A DNA stretch of 64,000 nucleotides. Origin: Eledone cirrhosa. Its lineage: Eukaryota. The notes under the pieces are model-generated. The model worked only from the letters and a program-made list of their open reading frames with translations. It did no database searches and was not told where the DNA came from. A program made the translations under genes and the position numbers. Location of the stretch: positions 167,214,001 through 167,278,000 of the forward strand of contig OZ024743.1 in NCBI GenBank assembly GCA_964016885.1, written 5' to 3'. Shown here piece after piece: positions 61,799 to 64,000 of this stretch; position 1 is the first letter of the stretch, and every line of letters begins with the position of its first letter.

Positions 61799-63607
61799 TC
61801 GTTTCTTAATTTGTTTAGCAAGATTCTTTATCTGAAAACGTGTGTTGAAACCGATATTGTTATACTTTGGGAGGGTCATGTTGCCAATAAGAAACACACG
61901 CACCAGTTGCTTTCATTTCAATTTATTATAATACATTTATAAATTTAGGAATTTATAAATTTCCGGTTGGTTGGTTCCACAACCAGATAGTTGTTTATAT
62001 ATTGTCAAAGTTCTTTCGTCACACATTCTGTGACCTCTTCAGTGACTGGGGATTCTTTTCTTTGTTTTTTGTGCCTCTCCTTTGTTCTGTTCTACGCCAT
62101 CTTGTTTTTGTGTGTGTGTTGTGTGCTTAGTTTGCGCATGTGTTACATCCGGGTGTCTGTGTGTGTTTATATTCGTTTATTTATTTGTTTATTTACATGT
62201 TACTGGTTGGTTGTTTGTTCTATGTGCGTGTGTGTTTTCATTTTGTCCTTAATTGTAAGTTGTGATGTTGCTGTTCCACTCATGTTTTCTATTTAATTTT
62301 GGTTGTAATTCATTTATGTTTATTGCCTCTGTGATTTGTTTAAACATTGCATCTTTTCTGTGTGTAGATTCTATTTTTATTTCTATGTTCTCTAATTTAC
62401 CCTTATGTTCTATTTTAGCATGTTAGTAGAGTACAGATGATTCTTTACTATCTTGAAGGTCTCGCCAGTGTTCATTTATCCGTTCCCCTATACTACGAGC
62501 TGTCTCACCTATGTACACTATATTTTTATCTCTACATTGTCCTTCAGTACATCTTATGCTATATACTACATTTCTAGTTTTACAGTTAATATGGGGGCTT
62601 AATTTACAGATTATACATTTCTTATCTATACAGGGAGGTCTTTGAAAAGGGTATGTCTTGCTAATAAGTGTTTTTATGGAGGTTCCTGGTCTTTCTACTA
62701 TCTTAATATTGAGTTTATGTTTATCTAGGGCCCTTCTAAATTTGTAAGCTAATTCACCTCTAGGGGTTGTATTGATGAACATTACACTCTGGTATTTATT
62801 GCTATCATACCATGAGTTTATTCTATTAGCCTTATTCCTAGTTCTTTCTATTCTATTCCAAAATTTGCTCCTATACAAGGGGCAGGTCCCATTTGTGTCA
62901 TTATTTACCATTTTTTCCCATTTGATTCTGGCTCCTCTATACACTCTGTTTTTATCTCTCTGATTGTAACCAGAGAACTGCATACGGTGGATGAAGTGTT
63001 GTATGTGTCTCTCTAGTTCTTCGGGGTTGCACATGCGGGACACGTTTCTCATCACCCGTACCTATCTTCAATCAGTATGTTGATTTGGGGATGGTCTGAA
63101 ACAGCTGAGTTTCGGCGAATCAGATATTTGGAAGTCATGGGTTTGGCATAATGGGAATGGAGGATTTGTTTTTTGTTATTAATGGTATCTAACCAGAGCT
63201 CTGTGTCTAATACAGGTAATCGATGGTTGGGGTGTTTGCTTGGGTAGTCTATAGTAACTCTAATACTCTGGTGGATGGAGTTAGCTATTTGCTGGATGCT
63301 TTCCATTGTGTTTTTCTCTAATTCCTGACTGTTCTCTAGTGGGGGTGTTTTAACTACGATATTTATATCATCAACGTAGCGAGGGTACATTATCAGGGTT
63401 AAGGGGTCTTCTAATTGTTCTTTAAGTTTAAGTTAAAGAACAATTTAACTTAAAGAACAATTAGAAGACCCCTTAACCCTGATAATGTACTCCCGCTACG
63501 TTGATGATATAAACATCGTAGTTAAAACACCCCCCACTAGAGAACAATCAGGAATTAGAGAAAAACACAATGGAAAGCATCCAGCAAATAGCTAACTCCA
63601 TCCACCA
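61799..63607 (-). mobile_element. 5'-truncated Nematis-like PLE with inverted duplication at the 5' junction
   Basis: RYVDD..YIGET; 63447-63607 is the reverse complement of 63269-63428. Confidence 0.9.
62004..62046 (-). ncRNA. minimal type I hammerhead ribozyme
   Basis: gtca-CTGAAGA-g-gtcaca/tgtgac-GAAA-gaac-TT-tgac. Confidence 0.7.
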
Positions 63608-63656
63608 TATATATATGTTCTACTATATATATATATATATATATATATATTCTTTT

Positions 63657-63751
63657 TCTAGGGCGGGTAAAATTCCCGAGATACATGGACGAGTTCTCTC
63701 CAGCGGTCTCTGTCCCTCATTATCGCTGCCATGTCCTGCGTCTCCAACAGA
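63657..63751 (-). mobile_element. RTE/RTE-X-like 3' end
   Basis: near-identical to 31431-31525. Confidence 0.7.
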
Positions 63752-63853
63752 TATATACACATATATACACATATATACACATATATACACATATACAAAA
63801 TACATAAACACATACACAAAAAAAAATATATATATATAGTTTTAATATGGATA

Positions 63854-63904
63854 AGATTCTACAGGACTAAAACTGTTTCATTCTTTAGAAATCATCAGGA
63901 ATCT
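63854..63904 (-). ncRNA. type I hammerhead ribozyme
   Basis: agattc-CTGATGA-tttctaaagaat-GAAA-cag..ctg-TA-gaatct. Confidence 0.85.
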
Positions 63905-64000
63905 GGGTATCAAAAAATAAATATGGTATTTATAGGCCTTTTCAGGTGCTAGGAGAGGGTAGAGGTCATTGGTTGATAGAAAAGGGAATCCATTAAAAGC

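Overview
AT-rich animal DNA, probably octopod: it carries an Octopus-type tRNA-derived SINE and very long (TA)n tracts. I recognise no host gene. The window is a pile of retroelements inserted into (TA)n microsatellites: several Penelope-like element (PLE) families and non-coding derivatives, one full-length and several truncated Tx1-type LINEs, RTE LINEs, a CsRN1-like Gypsy element, a hAT, a mariner, a non-autonomous Helitron and SINEs. Main signal: about 20 type I hammerhead ribozyme (HHR) motifs outside a tandem array plus about 15 inside it. Ten insertions share one geometry: two head-to-head arms, only one with a 3' tail. In nine of them the tail-less arm stops 3-5 nt upstream of a conserved bulged hairpin (RCTC-stem-TW-GAGY). 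The tenth is a 310-bp HHR-bearing array (12 forward plus 3.4 inverted copies) that looks like a rolling-circle-copied retrozyme circRNA. Also notable are a SINE copy with ADAR-like A-to-G hypermutation on its antisense strand and a Gypsy element whose 5' LTR is replaced by an inverted U5 end. Clade names come from motif recognition only. All alignments and folds were done by eye.
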